DNA of 64,000 nucleotides from Tubiluchus corallicola (Eukaryota > Animalia > Priapulida), in NCBI GenBank assembly GCA_030141605.1, contig JAQGDQ010002402.1, forward strand, positions 1 through 64,000. The letters are read 5' to 3'. Below the pieces are notes generated by a model that saw nothing but the letters and a program-made list of their open reading frames with translations, did no database searches and was not told the DNA's origin. Shown here piece by piece: positions 10,225-20,782 of this stretch; the stretch's first letter is position 1, and every line of letters begins with the position of its first letter. The translations under genes were made by a program, and so were the position numbers.

Positions 10225-11013
10225 CTAGTTCTCATTTGCTGGCTTACCTATAGTGGCAAGTATTCCTCCATCTACATAAATTACTTGTCCATTCACAAAA
10301 TCACTTGCTTTTGATGCAAGAAATATTGCCGCTCCTCCAAGGTCTTTGGGGTCGCCCCAACGTGCTGCAGGAGTACGATTAATAATAAACTCATTGAATG
10401 GATGTCCTTCTTCTCTTATAGGAGCTGTTTGTGTAGTAGCAAAATACCCTGGTCCTATGCCATTAGTTTGTATATTGTACTTTGCCCATTCGGTTGCCAT
10501 ATTGCGAGTAAGCATTTTTAAGCCACCTTTAGAAGCTGCATAGGCCGATACCGTGTTCCTTCCTAATTCGCTCATCATCGAGCATAAATTAATAATTTTA
10601 CCTTCCTTTCTTTGTATCATTTTACGCCCTACATACTTTGACATAATGAAAGGTCCCACAAGGTCAATATCCACTACTTGTCGGAATTCATCTGTTGCCA
10701 TATCTTCCATTGGTACTCTTTTAATAATACCTGCATTATTCACAAGTATATCAATGTTTCCCACTTCCTTTTCTATTTTGTCTATATGTTGTTCTACTAG
10801 CTTATCATCAGTTACATCAAACATATAAGTATGTGCCTTTATGCCCTCTTTCTTGTATTCAGCTTTTGCTTCTTTTAGCTTGTGTTCGAGCACATCATTG
10901 ATTATTATCTCCGCTCCTGCTGAGGCAAGTGCCTTGGCTATTGCCATACCTAGTCCGTGCGTCCCTCCTGTGATTAAAGCTCTTTTGTGTGAAAGGTCAA
11001 ATAAGTTTGTCAT
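10225..11013 (-). CDS. SDR oxidoreductase, gluconate 5-dehydrogenase / 2-deoxy-D-gluconate 3-dehydrogenase (KduD role)
   Basis: TGGTHGLG, NNAGI, YAASKGG; adjacent to kduI. Confidence 0.88.
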   Translation of the reverse strand: MTNLFDLSHKRALITGGTHGLGMAIAKALASAGAEIIINDVLEHKLKEAKAEYKKEGIKAHTYMFDVTDDKLVEQHIDKIEKEVGNIDILVNNAGIIKRVPMEDMATDEFRQVVDIDLVGPFIMSKYVGRKMIQRKEGKIINLCSMMSELGRNTVSAYAASKGGLKMLTRNMATEWAKYNIQTNGIGPGYFATTQTAPIREEGHPFNEFIINRTPAARWGDPKDLGGAAIFLASKASDFVNGQVIYVDGGILATIGKPANEN

Positions 11014-11038
11014 TTTAAATTATGTGTTTTTTCAGATA

Positions 11039-11881
11039 TTATCTCAATTGATCGGGTGTGCAGGTATCCATATCGCCATAGTCAAGGTTTTCACCTCCCA
11101 TACCCCAAATAAAAGTATAGTTGCTTGTTCCTGCTCCTGAGTGTATTCCCCAAGGAGGCGATACTACCGCTTCATTATTCTGCACCCATATATGCCTTGT
11201 TTCTTGTGGTTCACCCATAAAATGCGATAATGCTTGTCCTTCTGGTATCTCAAAGTAGAAGTAGGCTTCCATTCTACGGTCGTGGACGTGAGATGGTATT
11301 GTATTCCACACACTTCCTGTTTGTAATTCAGTCATGCCCATCTGCAATTGGCAAGTTTCTACAATGCCATTTACAATAAGCTTGTTTAGTATGCGATGAT
11401 TAGACGTTTTGGGCTCTCCAAGCTCTATTACCTCTGCTTCGTTTTTTGTAACTTTCTGAATTGGATAACTAGTTTGTGCTGGGGCAGAGTTGAGGTAAAA
11501 AAATGCTGGTTCTTTTTTATTATCTGACTGGAAGGTAACATCTTTTATTCCTGCTCCTATATACAAGGCTTCTTTATAGTCCAATTCATATTTCTGTCCA
11601 TCAGCAGTTACTACTCCCTTGCCTCCCACATTGATTATTCCTATCTCCCTCCTATCTAAGAAATTTTTTGCTTTCAATGGTTCAATGGTTTCTAGCCTTA
11701 GTATTTTTTTAATAGGCTTAGCTCCTCCTACAATAAATCGGTCGTAGTGGGTATAGGTAAGTGTAATTTCGTCTCCCTTAAAGATGTTACTGACGAGAAA
11801 TTCGTTCCTCAATTTTGTAGTATCCATTTGTTTTACTTCGTTAGGACCTACTGCATACTTTACACTATATTGAATGGCCAT
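11039..11881 (-). CDS. kduI: 5-dehydro-4-deoxy-D-glucuronate isomerase
   Basis: YTHYDRFIVGG, RREIGIINVGG, WNT.P.H.HDRRMEAYFYF, MGGENLDY. Confidence 0.95.
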   Translation of the reverse strand: MAIQYSVKYAVGPNEVKQMDTTKLRNEFLVSNIFKGDEITLTYTHYDRFIVGGAKPIKKILRLETIEPLKAKNFLDRREIGIINVGGKGVVTADGQKYELDYKEALYIGAGIKDVTFQSDNKKEPAFFYLNSAPAQTSYPIQKVTKNEAEVIELGEPKTSNHRILNKLIVNGIVETCQLQMGMTELQTGSVWNTIPSHVHDRRMEAYFYFEIPEGQALSHFMGEPQETRHIWVQNNEAVVSPPWGIHSGAGTSNYTFIWGMGGENLDYGDMDTCTPDQLR

Positions 11882-12173
11882 AGCTTTTTTAGTAATAAAA
11901 TTATTAACTAATTCGTCAAATTAAATATCAACAGCAAATATATAAATATATTTATGTTTTCAAAAATTTTTCTTTTAATACAAATCTATAAAAAACATGC
12001 TCTTTGAGAATAAGACATCGAAAAGAGGAAAAATGTTTAATTAAGAGTTTTTAACAGAGTATTTCTTTTTTATCAGTTCCTCAGCCAGCAGAAAAATATT
12101 TCATTACAAACAGTCATCTTTCAAAATTACGACAATATGCTACAAGTTGTCGCAACTAATAAGCTATATGTTA

Positions 12174-12812
12174 CTATCTCCCTTTATTACAGAGCTTTAC
12201 CTTACTTATAAACTGTTGGATTTTTTTAATATCTTTCCAAGCATAGTCTGTCTCAAAACAACTATTGATATCTATTGCATAGATATTTGCATAATTTATC
12301 TTTGATATCTCTTCTGCGTCTTCAGGTGTTATTCCTCCACTTAGAAAAATAGGTTTATCATAAGTATATTGTTTCAATATTTCCCAATTAAATTTTTTGC
12401 CACTTCCTCCATATTGTTGGGTTTTAGTGTCGAACAAAAAATACTTGCAATAGGGCAAGTAGGGTTCTATGACGACAAACTCAAAATCTCTTCCTATATT
12501 GAAGGCTTTGATAATTTGAACACCTTTCTGATGTAGTTGTTGGCAAAAGTCAGGACTTTCGTTACCGTGTAATTGTATAAAATCTAAATGGTAAGTTTGT
12601 TGTATTTGTAAAATATGTTGCAGATTTGCATTGACAAACACCCCCACTTTTTTTATAGTTTGAGGAATGTTCTTTAAGATTTCTATGTCTAATAGATCTT
12701 CTACGTATCTTTTTGATTTTGAATAGAATATAAAACCTATATAATCTATAGGTAACTGTGAGAGTTGATTGATGTTCTCACTGTATTTCATACCACAAAC
12801 CTTGATTTTCAT
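12174..12812 (-). CDS. trpF: Phosphoribosylanthranilate isomerase
   Basis: KIKVCGM, GVFVN, IQLHGNES, LFDT, LSGGI. Confidence 0.93.
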   Translation of the reverse strand: MKIKVCGMKYSENINQLSQLPIDYIGFIFYSKSKRYVEDLLDIEILKNIPQTIKKVGVFVNANLQHILQIQQTYHLDFIQLHGNESPDFCQQLHQKGVQIIKAFNIGRDFEFVVIEPYLPYCKYFLFDTKTQQYGGSGKKFNWEILKQYTYDKPIFLSGGITPEDAEEISKINYANIYAIDINSCFETDYAWKDIKKIQQFISKVKLCNKGR

Positions 12813-13603
12813 TATTGCTGGTAGATTTGGTTTATAAACTGCTGGCAGGCTTGTGCAGGATGGCTCGTTTTCATAAAACTCTCTCCAATGAGAAAACCAT
12901 TGTATCCCTGTTGTTTTAGTTCTTTTATTGTCTCAATGTTGTCTATTCCACTTTCTGATATTTTGGCATATTGTGAGGGTATTTTATCGCATAGCTTAAT
13001 GGATGTTTGTATGTCTGTTTCAAAGGTTTGTAAGTTTCGGTTGTTTACTCCTACTACATCTATTTGCGGGTTGAGTTTTTCTAACTCTTCTTCTGTATGT
13101 ATCTCAAAAAGTATGTCCATTTGTAAGCGTTTTGCAAGGTCTGACAACACTTGCACTTGTTGCCTGCTCAACGCTGATGCTATAAGCAATACAGCATCCG
13201 CACCTATGGCTTTAGCTTCTATTATTTGGTATTCATCTACAATAAAATCTTTGCGAAGTATCGGAATCGTGTTATACTTCCTAGCAGTAGTAAGGTTTTT
13301 ATTACTACCTCCGAAGTATTGCTGGTCGGTGAGAATGGACAATGCAGTTGCTCCCGCCTGTACATAGCCTGTTGTTACTTCTTGCACACTAACAGCATCA
13401 TTTATTATACCCTTAGAAGGAGACTTTGTCTTATATTCTGCTATAATACCTGTGCTTTTGGGGTTTAATAGTGCTTGTTTTAAAGAGATGGTAGACTGCT
13501 TAAAACAAGGAAGTGTTTCAAGTTGAGTAATTGGCATTTTTTTTCTATTTTCTGCTACCTCTTTATGTTTGGTTTCAATTATTTTGTCTAATATTGTAGT
13601 CAT
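12812..13603 (-). CDS. trpC: Indole-3-glycerol phosphate synthase
   Basis: IIAEYKTKSPSKG, PILRKDFIVD, GVNNRNL, ISESGI. Confidence 0.95.
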   Translation of the reverse strand: MTTILDKIIETKHKEVAENRKKMPITQLETLPCFKQSTISLKQALLNPKSTGIIAEYKTKSPSKGIINDAVSVQEVTTGYVQAGATALSILTDQQYFGGSNKNLTTARKYNTIPILRKDFIVDEYQIIEAKAIGADAVLLIASALSRQQVQVLSDLAKRLQMDILFEIHTEEELEKLNPQIDVVGVNNRNLQTFETDIQTSIKLCDKIPSQYAKISESGIDNIETIKELKQQGYNGFLIGESFMKTSHPAQACQQFINQIYQQ

Positions 13604-13680
13604 TTACAGCTGTGTATTCTACCTTAGTATATAAAATAGTTAAAACACAAAAGTAATTATTTTTTACTTAAATTTGAAGT

Positions 13681-14598
13681 ATGAAATATAAGGTAGCATA
13701 TCTTACTATTTTAACATTGTTATCTGGTAATGTTTATTCTCAAGAGCTTATGAAGTATAATGATTTAACCCCCGAAGAGGAAAAAGTAATTATACACAAA
13801 GGCACTGAGCGTGCTTTCACGGGCGAATACAACGACCACAAAGCCAATGGCTATTATACTTGTAAAAGGTGTAATGCCTACTTATATAAATCAAAAGATA
13901 AGTTTGAGTCTCATTGTGGTTGGCCTAGTTTTGACGATGAAATAGAGGGGGCTGTTAAACGTTTGCCTGACGCTGATGGTAAAAGAACAGAAATAATTTG
14001 TAGTAGATGCAACGGGCATTTAGGACATATATTTCTTAACGAGGGGTTCACTACCAAAAATACTCGCCATTGTGTCAATTCTATTTCCTTAAACTTTGTA
14101 ACAGATAAGAACATACAAGAAGAGAAAGCCTACTTTGCTGGTGGATGTTTTTGGGGTATTGAGTATTATTTTCAGCAAGTGAAGGGGGTAATTTCAACAG
14201 AAGTAGGATATATGGGAGGGAGAACCGAAAATCCCACATACAAAGAAGTGTCCCACAAAAACACAGGTCATATAGAAACGATGCAAGTAATATACAACGC
14301 TAAGGAAGTCTCGTATGAAGAGTTGGCAAAATTGTTTTTTGAAATACACGACCCTACACAAGTAAATAGACAAGGTCCTGATGTGGGCGAGCAATATCGT
14401 TCGGAAATATTCTATGTAGATGACACACAGAAAGCAACAGCAGAAAACTTGATTGAGATTCTGAAAAAGAAAAATTTGAAAATAGCAACTCTACTAACCA
14501 AAGCTAATAAATTCTGGAAAGCCGAAAACTACCACCAAGATTATTACAAAAAGAATGGGGAAACTCCCTATTGTCATAGTTACATTAAAAAGTTTTAA
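13681..14598 (+). CDS. Fused methionine sulfoxide reductase MsrB-MsrA, probably exported
   Basis: Signal-like N-terminus; MsrB (CGWPSF, GHLGH, RHCVNS) then MsrA (AGGCFWG, QGPDVGEQYRS, AENYHQDY). Confidence 0.93.
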   Translation: MKYKVAYLTILTLLSGNVYSQELMKYNDLTPEEEKVIIHKGTERAFTGEYNDHKANGYYTCKRCNAYLYKSKDKFESHCGWPSFDDEIEGAVKRLPDADGKRTEIICSRCNGHLGHIFLNEGFTTKNTRHCVNSISLNFVTDKNIQEEKAYFAGGCFWGIEYYFQQVKGVISTEVGYMGGRTENPTYKEVSHKNTGHIETMQVIYNAKEVSYEELAKLFFEIHDPTQVNRQGPDVGEQYRSEIFYVDDTQKATAENLIEILKKKNLKIATLLTKANKFWKAENYHQDYYKKNGETPYCHSYIKKF

Positions 14599-14605
14599 CG
14601 CTAAA

Positions 14606-15052
14606 ATGGATAATTTCTTAGATGTATTGCAAGGTTCTATTTCGCCTATCATACTTATTTCTGGTGTAGGATTGTTATTATTGTCTTTAACCAATAGACT
14701 GGGTAGAACCATTGACAGAACTAGAGTGTTGGTAAGAGAATTGCGAGAAAATACGGATGAAGACTATCAAAAAAGAAAAAAACTTCAACTAAAAATAATG
14801 TATAGGAGAAGTAAAATACTGAAAAATTCTATTGCAGCTATTTCTGTTAGTATATTATGTAGCAGCTTGATAATCTTCAACCTATTGATAATGAACTTAA
14901 CCAACCTCAACCTTCAAATGCTTGGATTGGTTATATTTGTTATGAATATAGCAAGTATTGTATTCTCCGCTATCTACCTGCTCATTGATGTATTACTTAC
15001 ATTAAAAGCCTTGAAACACGAGGTAAATGGCTTTCTTCCAAAAGTTGGTTGA
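14606..15052 (+). CDS. DUF2721-like membrane protein
   Basis: ISP.ILISGVGLLLLSLTNRLGR..DR pattern, three TM segments; ATG 14606 preferred. Confidence 0.7.
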   Translation: MDNFLDVLQGSISPIILISGVGLLLLSLTNRLGRTIDRTRVLVRELRENTDEDYQKRKKLQLKIMYRRSKILKNSIAAISVSILCSSLIIFNLLIMNLTNLNLQMLGLVIFVMNIASIVFSAIYLLIDVLLTLKALKHEVNGFLPKVG

Positions 15053-15166
15053 GCTCACTATTCTTGCACAAGATGAAAATTATCATCTGCATTTATATAG
15101 TATATGAAATTATAATGATGGGGATTTATTGCTAATTTTGTAGATGGCTAATTTTTTCCAGAAAAT

Positions 15167-17095
15167 ATGAGAAATATATATGTACGGTTGATAGAGAGGT
15201 TTCTGATTATGATGCTACTCTATTCTCTTTGTAGGATAGCCTTCTACTCTTTTAATACAGAGCTATTTAGAGAGGTTACTTTTTTAAAATTGATGGTAAT
15301 GTTGTGGGGGGGAACTCGGTTTGACCTTTCTGCATTGTTATATATCAATTTAGTTTTCATTCTTTCACAAATTATTCCTTTCAGTTTTAGGCTTCGTAGA
15401 AAATATCAATGTTTTTCTAAATATTGGTTCTATGTTACCAATGCTTTCTTTCTTGCTGTGAATTGTATGGATATTATCTACTACCGTTTTACGATGAAAA
15501 GAACAACGAGCAGCCTATTTGAGCAGTTTGCAAATGAAACAAATATGGGGGTTTTGATTTTTAGATTTATTTTTATCGATTACTGGTATATAACACTGTT
15601 GTGGGTTTTGTTCGTGGTATTAATGGTGTTTCTATACAAGAAAACAGAGAAGGTCAATGACTTTAAGATAAGGAATAGCCTTATTACTTTTTTTATACAG
15701 CTTGTGCTAATGTGTTTTTTAACAGGCTTGATAATAGCAGGAGCAAGAGGGGGCTTTCGCCACAGCACACGTCCTATTACGATAAGCAATGCGGGAGAAT
15801 ATGTAGAAATACCTAAGGAAATAGCTATTGTTGTAAATACGCCATTTAGTATTTTTAGAACGTTGAATAAACCTACATACCAACTTGTGGACTACTTTGA
15901 CAAAGAAAAATTGAATAGTATATATACTCCACTACATAAAGGGAAACAAAGCCAGTTTAAGAAAAAGAATGTAGTAGTATTTATTTTGGAAAGTTTTGGA
16001 AAAGAGTATTTTGGAATTTTCAATAAGGATTTAGAAAATGGCAATTACAAGGGTTATACTCCATTTTTAGATTCTTTGGCAGAACATAGCTTTACTTTCA
16101 ACAAATCGTATGCAAATGGGCGTGGTTCTATTGACGGTATTCCATCAGTAGCCTCTAGCGTTCCATCTATCACTTTGTCATTTGTACTTACTCATTATTC
16201 TACCAACGAGACTTATAGTATGGCTAACCTGCTACAATCCAAGGGCTATCATACTTCGTTCTTTCACGGCGCACCTAATGGTTCTATGGGGTTTCTGGCT
16301 TATACAAAGTTGAACGGATTTGAACATTATTATGGAAAGAACGAATACGAAAATGAAACGGGTAACACTAATTTTGATGGCTTGTGGGGGGTGTGGGACG
16401 AGGAGTTCTTTCAGTTCTTCGGTAATAAGTTGAATACCTTTGAAGAACCATTTTTATCATTACATTTCTCCGTTTCTTCGCACCACCCATACAAAATTCC
16501 GAAAAAGTATAAAGATAAGTTTCCAAAAGGAACACTTGATATACATAAAAACATAGGTTATTCTGATATGGCTCTACGCCGTTTTTTCAAATTAGTTTCG
16601 AAAATGCCTTGGTATAAGAATACTTTATTTATCATCACAGCCGATCATACCAATCAAAGTGAACACGCAGAATATCAAACCTCCGTAGGGAGCTATGCTA
16701 TCCCTATCATCTTTTTTGACCCTTCGGGTGAGTTAAAAGGAAAATCAAATACTATTGCACAACAAATTGATATTTTGCCTACCTTGCTATCATATCTCGA
16801 TTTTGATGAGGACTATATTGCTTTTGGCACTGACTTGCTAAACGATACAGTTGACCATTTTGCAATTAGCACAGTGAATAACATATACCAGTTAATAATG
16901 GATGATTATGTACTGCATTTCGATGGCGAACGAAGTGTAGGGCTTTACAATCTGGAAGAAGATAAATTGATGCAAAACAATTTAGTTCAAAAAAACCTAC
17001 CTATAAAGGACAAACTGGAAAACAAGGTAAAAGCCTTTGTACAAGAGTATAATTATAGAATGATTAATAACAAACTGACATTAAAAAATGAATAA
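15167..17095 (+). CDS. LTA synthase / sulfatase family membrane protein
   Basis: Five N-terminal TM helices; KNVVVFILESF, TPFLDSL, SSHHPY, ITADH. Confidence 0.88.
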   Translation: MRNIYVRLIERFLIMMLLYSLCRIAFYSFNTELFREVTFLKLMVMLWGGTRFDLSALLYINLVFILSQIIPFSFRLRRKYQCFSKYWFYVTNAFFLAVNCMDIIYYRFTMKRTTSSLFEQFANETNMGVLIFRFIFIDYWYITLLWVLFVVLMVFLYKKTEKVNDFKIRNSLITFFIQLVLMCFLTGLIIAGARGGFRHSTRPITISNAGEYVEIPKEIAIVVNTPFSIFRTLNKPTYQLVDYFDKEKLNSIYTPLHKGKQSQFKKKNVVVFILESFGKEYFGIFNKDLENGNYKGYTPFLDSLAEHSFTFNKSYANGRGSIDGIPSVASSVPSITLSFVLTHYSTNETYSMANLLQSKGYHTSFFHGAPNGSMGFLAYTKLNGFEHYYGKNEYENETGNTNFDGLWGVWDEEFFQFFGNKLNTFEEPFLSLHFSVSSHHPYKIPKKYKDKFPKGTLDIHKNIGYSDMALRRFFKLVSKMPWYKNTLFIITADHTNQSEHAEYQTSVGSYAIPIIFFDPSGELKGKSNTIAQQIDILPTLLSYLDFDEDYIAFGTDLLNDTVDHFAISTVNNIYQLIMDDYVLHFDGERSVGLYNLEEDKLMQNNLVQKNLPIKDKLENKVKAFVQEYNYRMINNKLTLKNE

Positions 17096-18221
17096 ATCAA
17101 TAACATTCATAGTTTTTTTATTTTTTATATTTTCTTGCTCTTTTTCTCAAAAAATAAGCCTTAACTCTAATAAAGAAAAAGATACTGTTTCTCAAATATC
17201 ATTACTATTTACAGGAGACATTATGGGACACGATGCACAAATAGAAGCTGCCTATGACGGAAAAACAGGAAAATATGATTATAGTGATAATTTTAAGTAT
17301 CTACAACAAATAATAAAAAGCGTTGATTTTGCTGTGGGCAATTTGGAGGTAACATTAGCAGGCAAACCTTACAAGGGCTACCCGCAATTTAGTTCTCCTG
17401 ATGCTTTGGCTAAAGCCTGCAAAAATGCAGGTATCAATTATATGGTAACAGCCAATAATCATAGCTGTGATAGAGGGAAAAAAGGGATACTAAGAACAAT
17501 TGATGTATTGGACACTTTGGGCATAGTGCATACAGGCACATTCAAAGACAGTTTGGACAGGGAGGAAAACTATCCACTTATCTTGGAGAAAAACAATATC
17601 AAAGTAGCTCTTCTTAACTATACCTATGGCACCAACGAACTAGCCATACCCAAACCTACCATTGTTAATATGCTTGATAGAAAAGCTATCAGTACAGACA
17701 TACAAAAAGCAAAAAATAACAGTGTAGATAAAATAATTGTTTTTGTCCATTGGGGAGCAGAGTACCAATCGCACCCCAACACACTACAAACCAACTTGGC
17801 TAAATACTGTTTTCAACAAGGGGCTGATATTGTTATTGGTTCGCATCCTCACGTGCTACAACGAATGGAATGGAACAAAGATACTCTTACCCATCAAGAA
17901 AATTTGGTAGTGTATTCATTGGGCAATTTTATCTCCAATCAACGCCAAAGAGGGAGAGATGGCGGGGCAATGGTGGAAATAGCTCTTAGCAAAAAAAACG
18001 ATAGCACCTATATAGAAAACGCTCAATACCACCTCACGTGGACATACAGACCTACGCTAAACAAAAAAAGGCATTACTACATATTGCCTGCCGCACAATA
18101 CGAAAACTACATTGACTTTTTTAAATTGAAATCAGACTATGACAAGATGAAGCTATTTATAGACGACAGTAGAAAGCTATTAAATAAAGAAAACATTAAT
18201 ATTGTAGAAAAAGCATATTGA
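17088..18221 (+). CDS. CapA family metallophosphoesterase (poly-gamma-glutamate synthesis protein family)
   Basis: GDIM, GNLE, ANNH, HWGAEY, GSHPH, YSLGNF. Confidence 0.9.
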   Translation: MNKSITFIVFLFFIFSCSFSQKISLNSNKEKDTVSQISLLFTGDIMGHDAQIEAAYDGKTGKYDYSDNFKYLQQIIKSVDFAVGNLEVTLAGKPYKGYPQFSSPDALAKACKNAGINYMVTANNHSCDRGKKGILRTIDVLDTLGIVHTGTFKDSLDREENYPLILEKNNIKVALLNYTYGTNELAIPKPTIVNMLDRKAISTDIQKAKNNSVDKIIVFVHWGAEYQSHPNTLQTNLAKYCFQQGADIVIGSHPHVLQRMEWNKDTLTHQENLVVYSLGNFISNQRQRGRDGGAMVEIALSKKNDSTYIENAQYHLTWTYRPTLNKKRHYYILPAAQYENYIDFFKLKSDYDKMKLFIDDSRKLLNKENINIVEKAY

Positions 18222-18266
18222 AATTTTCTAAATAAGACAAAGTATAAAAGTATAAACTAATATTTA

Positions 18267-19163
18267 ATGAACTATTTTATTTTTAAGAATAGTAATAATT
18301 TTACGAAATTTATCATTATTGTTTTCACAGTTTTTCTGTGTAGTTCCATTTTTTTTTCCATCATCTCATTGTTTTTTGATGTAGAAATTGTGCAAAAGGA
18401 CTTGGCAAACAACATTGGCTTAGCCAAACTAATGCAAAGCCTATACACTATTTTCTTTTTTCTTGTTCCTTGTCTTCTTATTAATTATATGATAGGGTAT
18501 AATTTATTCAACTTCACCCAATCAAAAAACAACAATCCTCTTCTTTATTTGTTAGCCACATTATGTATAATATCTATATTACCTATTATCAATCTTGTAG
18601 CAGAATGGAATTCTCAACTCAAACTCCCCGAGTCTTTTGCCTATATAGAAGAATTAATAATAGAAGCAGAAAAAACAACAGAAAAAACTATGATGTTATT
18701 CCTACAAGTAGAAAGTTTGGGAGGATTGGCTATTAACATCATAGTAATAGCCCTACTACCTGCACTGGCAGAAGAATTCTTATTCAGAGGAATACTTCAA
18801 AAATATATCATCAACATCATAAAAAATCCACATATAGGTATTATTATAGCCTCATTTATTTTCAGTTTTATTCATTTTCAGTTTTTTGGTTTTCTCCCAC
18901 GCCTACTACTTGGAATAGCTTTGGGCTACTTTTATTTATGGTCTAAAAATATATTAGTACCAAGCATAGCTCACTTTTTCAACAACAGTTTGGCTGTGGT
19001 ATATTTTTATGTGCTGAGTCAAAATGGAAAAATAGAAGAAATAGGATCTTTAGATATAATGCCAATACCTTTCTATTGGGTGATTATCAGCATATTACTT
19101 TCTTCTGTGTTGTATTATTTATTTTATCAAAATAGAAAAGACAAAAAGGTAAGGACTTCTTAG
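18267..19163 (+). CDS. CPBP family intramembrane metalloprotease
   Basis: EEFLFRG, FSFIH, AHFFNN in a multi-TM protein. Confidence 0.88.
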   Translation: MNYFIFKNSNNFTKFIIIVFTVFLCSSIFFSIISLFFDVEIVQKDLANNIGLAKLMQSLYTIFFFLVPCLLINYMIGYNLFNFTQSKNNNPLLYLLATLCIISILPIINLVAEWNSQLKLPESFAYIEELIIEAEKTTEKTMMLFLQVESLGGLAINIIVIALLPALAEEFLFRGILQKYIINIIKNPHIGIIIASFIFSFIHFQFFGFLPRLLLGIALGYFYLWSKNILVPSIAHFFNNSLAVVYFYVLSQNGKIEEIGSLDIMPIPFYWVIISILLSSVLYYLFYQNRKDKKVRTS

Positions 19164-19229
19164 GGATAGACTTAATAATGTGGTCAGTCCAAGGCTTTAA
19201 TATAGTTTTCGAATATTTGGGTATCTTAG

Positions 19230-19571
19230 TTATTTACTTAACTTTTTATTTTTCATATGCCTTTTTGCATCTCGTTGCGTCTTCTTTTGCATATTTTCAA
19301 TAAAAGCCTTTGACAGGTCTACTCCTGTTTGATTAGCAATACACGCCAACACCCAAAACACATCTGCTAACTCGTCAGATAGGTCTGATATTTTTTCTCC
19401 CTCCTTCAATGACTGTTCGCCGTGTACTCGCCCTATAATACGGGCAACTTCTCCCACTTCTTCCATCAACATTGCCAGATTAGTCTTTATATCAAAATAC
19501 CTTACCCCATACTTTTTAATCCAGCCATCCACACTCTTTTGCACTTCTTTTAAAGTTATGTTATCATTCAT
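19230..19571 (-). CDS. MazG-like nucleotide pyrophosphohydrolase
   Basis: LMEEVGEVAR and DELADV motifs. Confidence 0.88.
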   Translation of the reverse strand: MNDNITLKEVQKSVDGWIKKYGVRYFDIKTNLAMLMEEVGEVARIIGRVHGEQSLKEGEKISDLSDELADVFWVLACIANQTGVDLSKAFIENMQKKTQRDAKRHMKNKKLSK

Positions 19572-19644
19572 ATATTACTTAAAGTTAAAAAGGAGTGCAA
19601 AATTATTACAAAACAAAAATAAGGTAACTACATTAATTGTAATA

Positions 19645-20460
19645 CTACTCTTTGCTATATTGCTCCATTGCTTCAGCACTGATACCCATACTTGAAAAGC
19701 CTCCGTCACTGAACAAATTTTGCATTGTAATTTTTTTAGTAAGGTCAGAGAAAAGTGATATACAGTAGTCAGCACAGTCTTCCGCAGTAGCATTGCCTAA
19801 TGGCGATACTTTCTCTGCAAAATCTACAAGTGAGTCGAAACCACTAATACCTCCTCCTGCTGTAGTTACAGTAGGTGATTGTGATACAGTATTTATTCTC
19901 ACCTTTTTGTCTCTCCCATAAGAGTAACCAAAACTACGTGCGATAGATTCTAATAAGGCTTTGGCATCTGCCATATCATTGTATCCGCAGAATATACGTT
20001 GTGCCCCAATGTAGGAAAGTGCAATAACTGAGGCATACTCGTTGAGAGCATCTAATTTTTTAGCTGTTTGCAATACCTTGTGGAACGAAATAGCAGAAAT
20101 ATCTAAAGTCTTGTTATAGTAGGCATAATTAAGTTCATCATATTCTTTGCCTTTTCTTACATTAGGGGACATCCCTATGGAATGTAAAACAAAATCTAAC
20201 TTACCTCCAAGAGCATCTATAGATTTTGTAAAAAGTACTTCTAACTCTTCTACATTAGTAGCATCAGCAGATATTACTTGCGTTTTACACTGCTCTGCCA
20301 GTTTACCCACCTCCCCCATTCTTAATGCCATTGGAGTGTTGGTAAGCGTAAAGGTAGCTCCTTCTTCATAGGCTCGCTCTGCTACTTTCCAAGCAATGGA
20401 TTTATTGTTCAAAGCCCCAAAAATAATGCCTCTTTTTCCTTTTAATAAATTATATGCCAT
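19645..20460 (-). CDS. fabI: Enoyl-ACP reductase
   Basis: GKRGIIFGALNNKSIAW, LHSIGMS, YNDMADAKALLES. Confidence 0.92.
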   Translation of the reverse strand: MAYNLLKGKRGIIFGALNNKSIAWKVAERAYEEGATFTLTNTPMALRMGEVGKLAEQCKTQVISADATNVEELEVLFTKSIDALGGKLDFVLHSIGMSPNVRKGKEYDELNYAYYNKTLDISAISFHKVLQTAKKLDALNEYASVIALSYIGAQRIFCGYNDMADAKALLESIARSFGYSYGRDKKVRINTVSQSPTVTTAGGGISGFDSLVDFAEKVSPLGNATAEDCADYCISLFSDLTKKITMQNLFSDGGFSSMGISAEAMEQYSKE

Positions 20461-20782
20461 AGTTTATTTTTTGTTTTTTTTATTATCCACTGACAAAGAT
20501 ATAACATTTTTTTAATGGCAATTATATATAATTTTAGACTACTATAATTACCAAGCGGCAAATCTTTGTTATTTTTTGCAATAAAGAAAATTATACTATA
20601 AACAGGTGAATGCAAAATTGCATATAACAACCTTAGTTAATCATTGTAAGAATAATATTACTCTTGAATAGAATACAACAGCTTTGATAATGTTGTAAAA
20701 GCTTATAATTTAGAAATTACAAACTTGCTCTTCATTAATTAGAGAAAAAGTAATATCCTGTTTTATAGGAACAAACAAACCA

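Noticed and set aside
18267-19571. CPBP (Abi) protease and MazG-like gene as an abortive-infection module
   Set aside because: Both are widespread housekeeping-type families, they are convergent, and there is no defence context.
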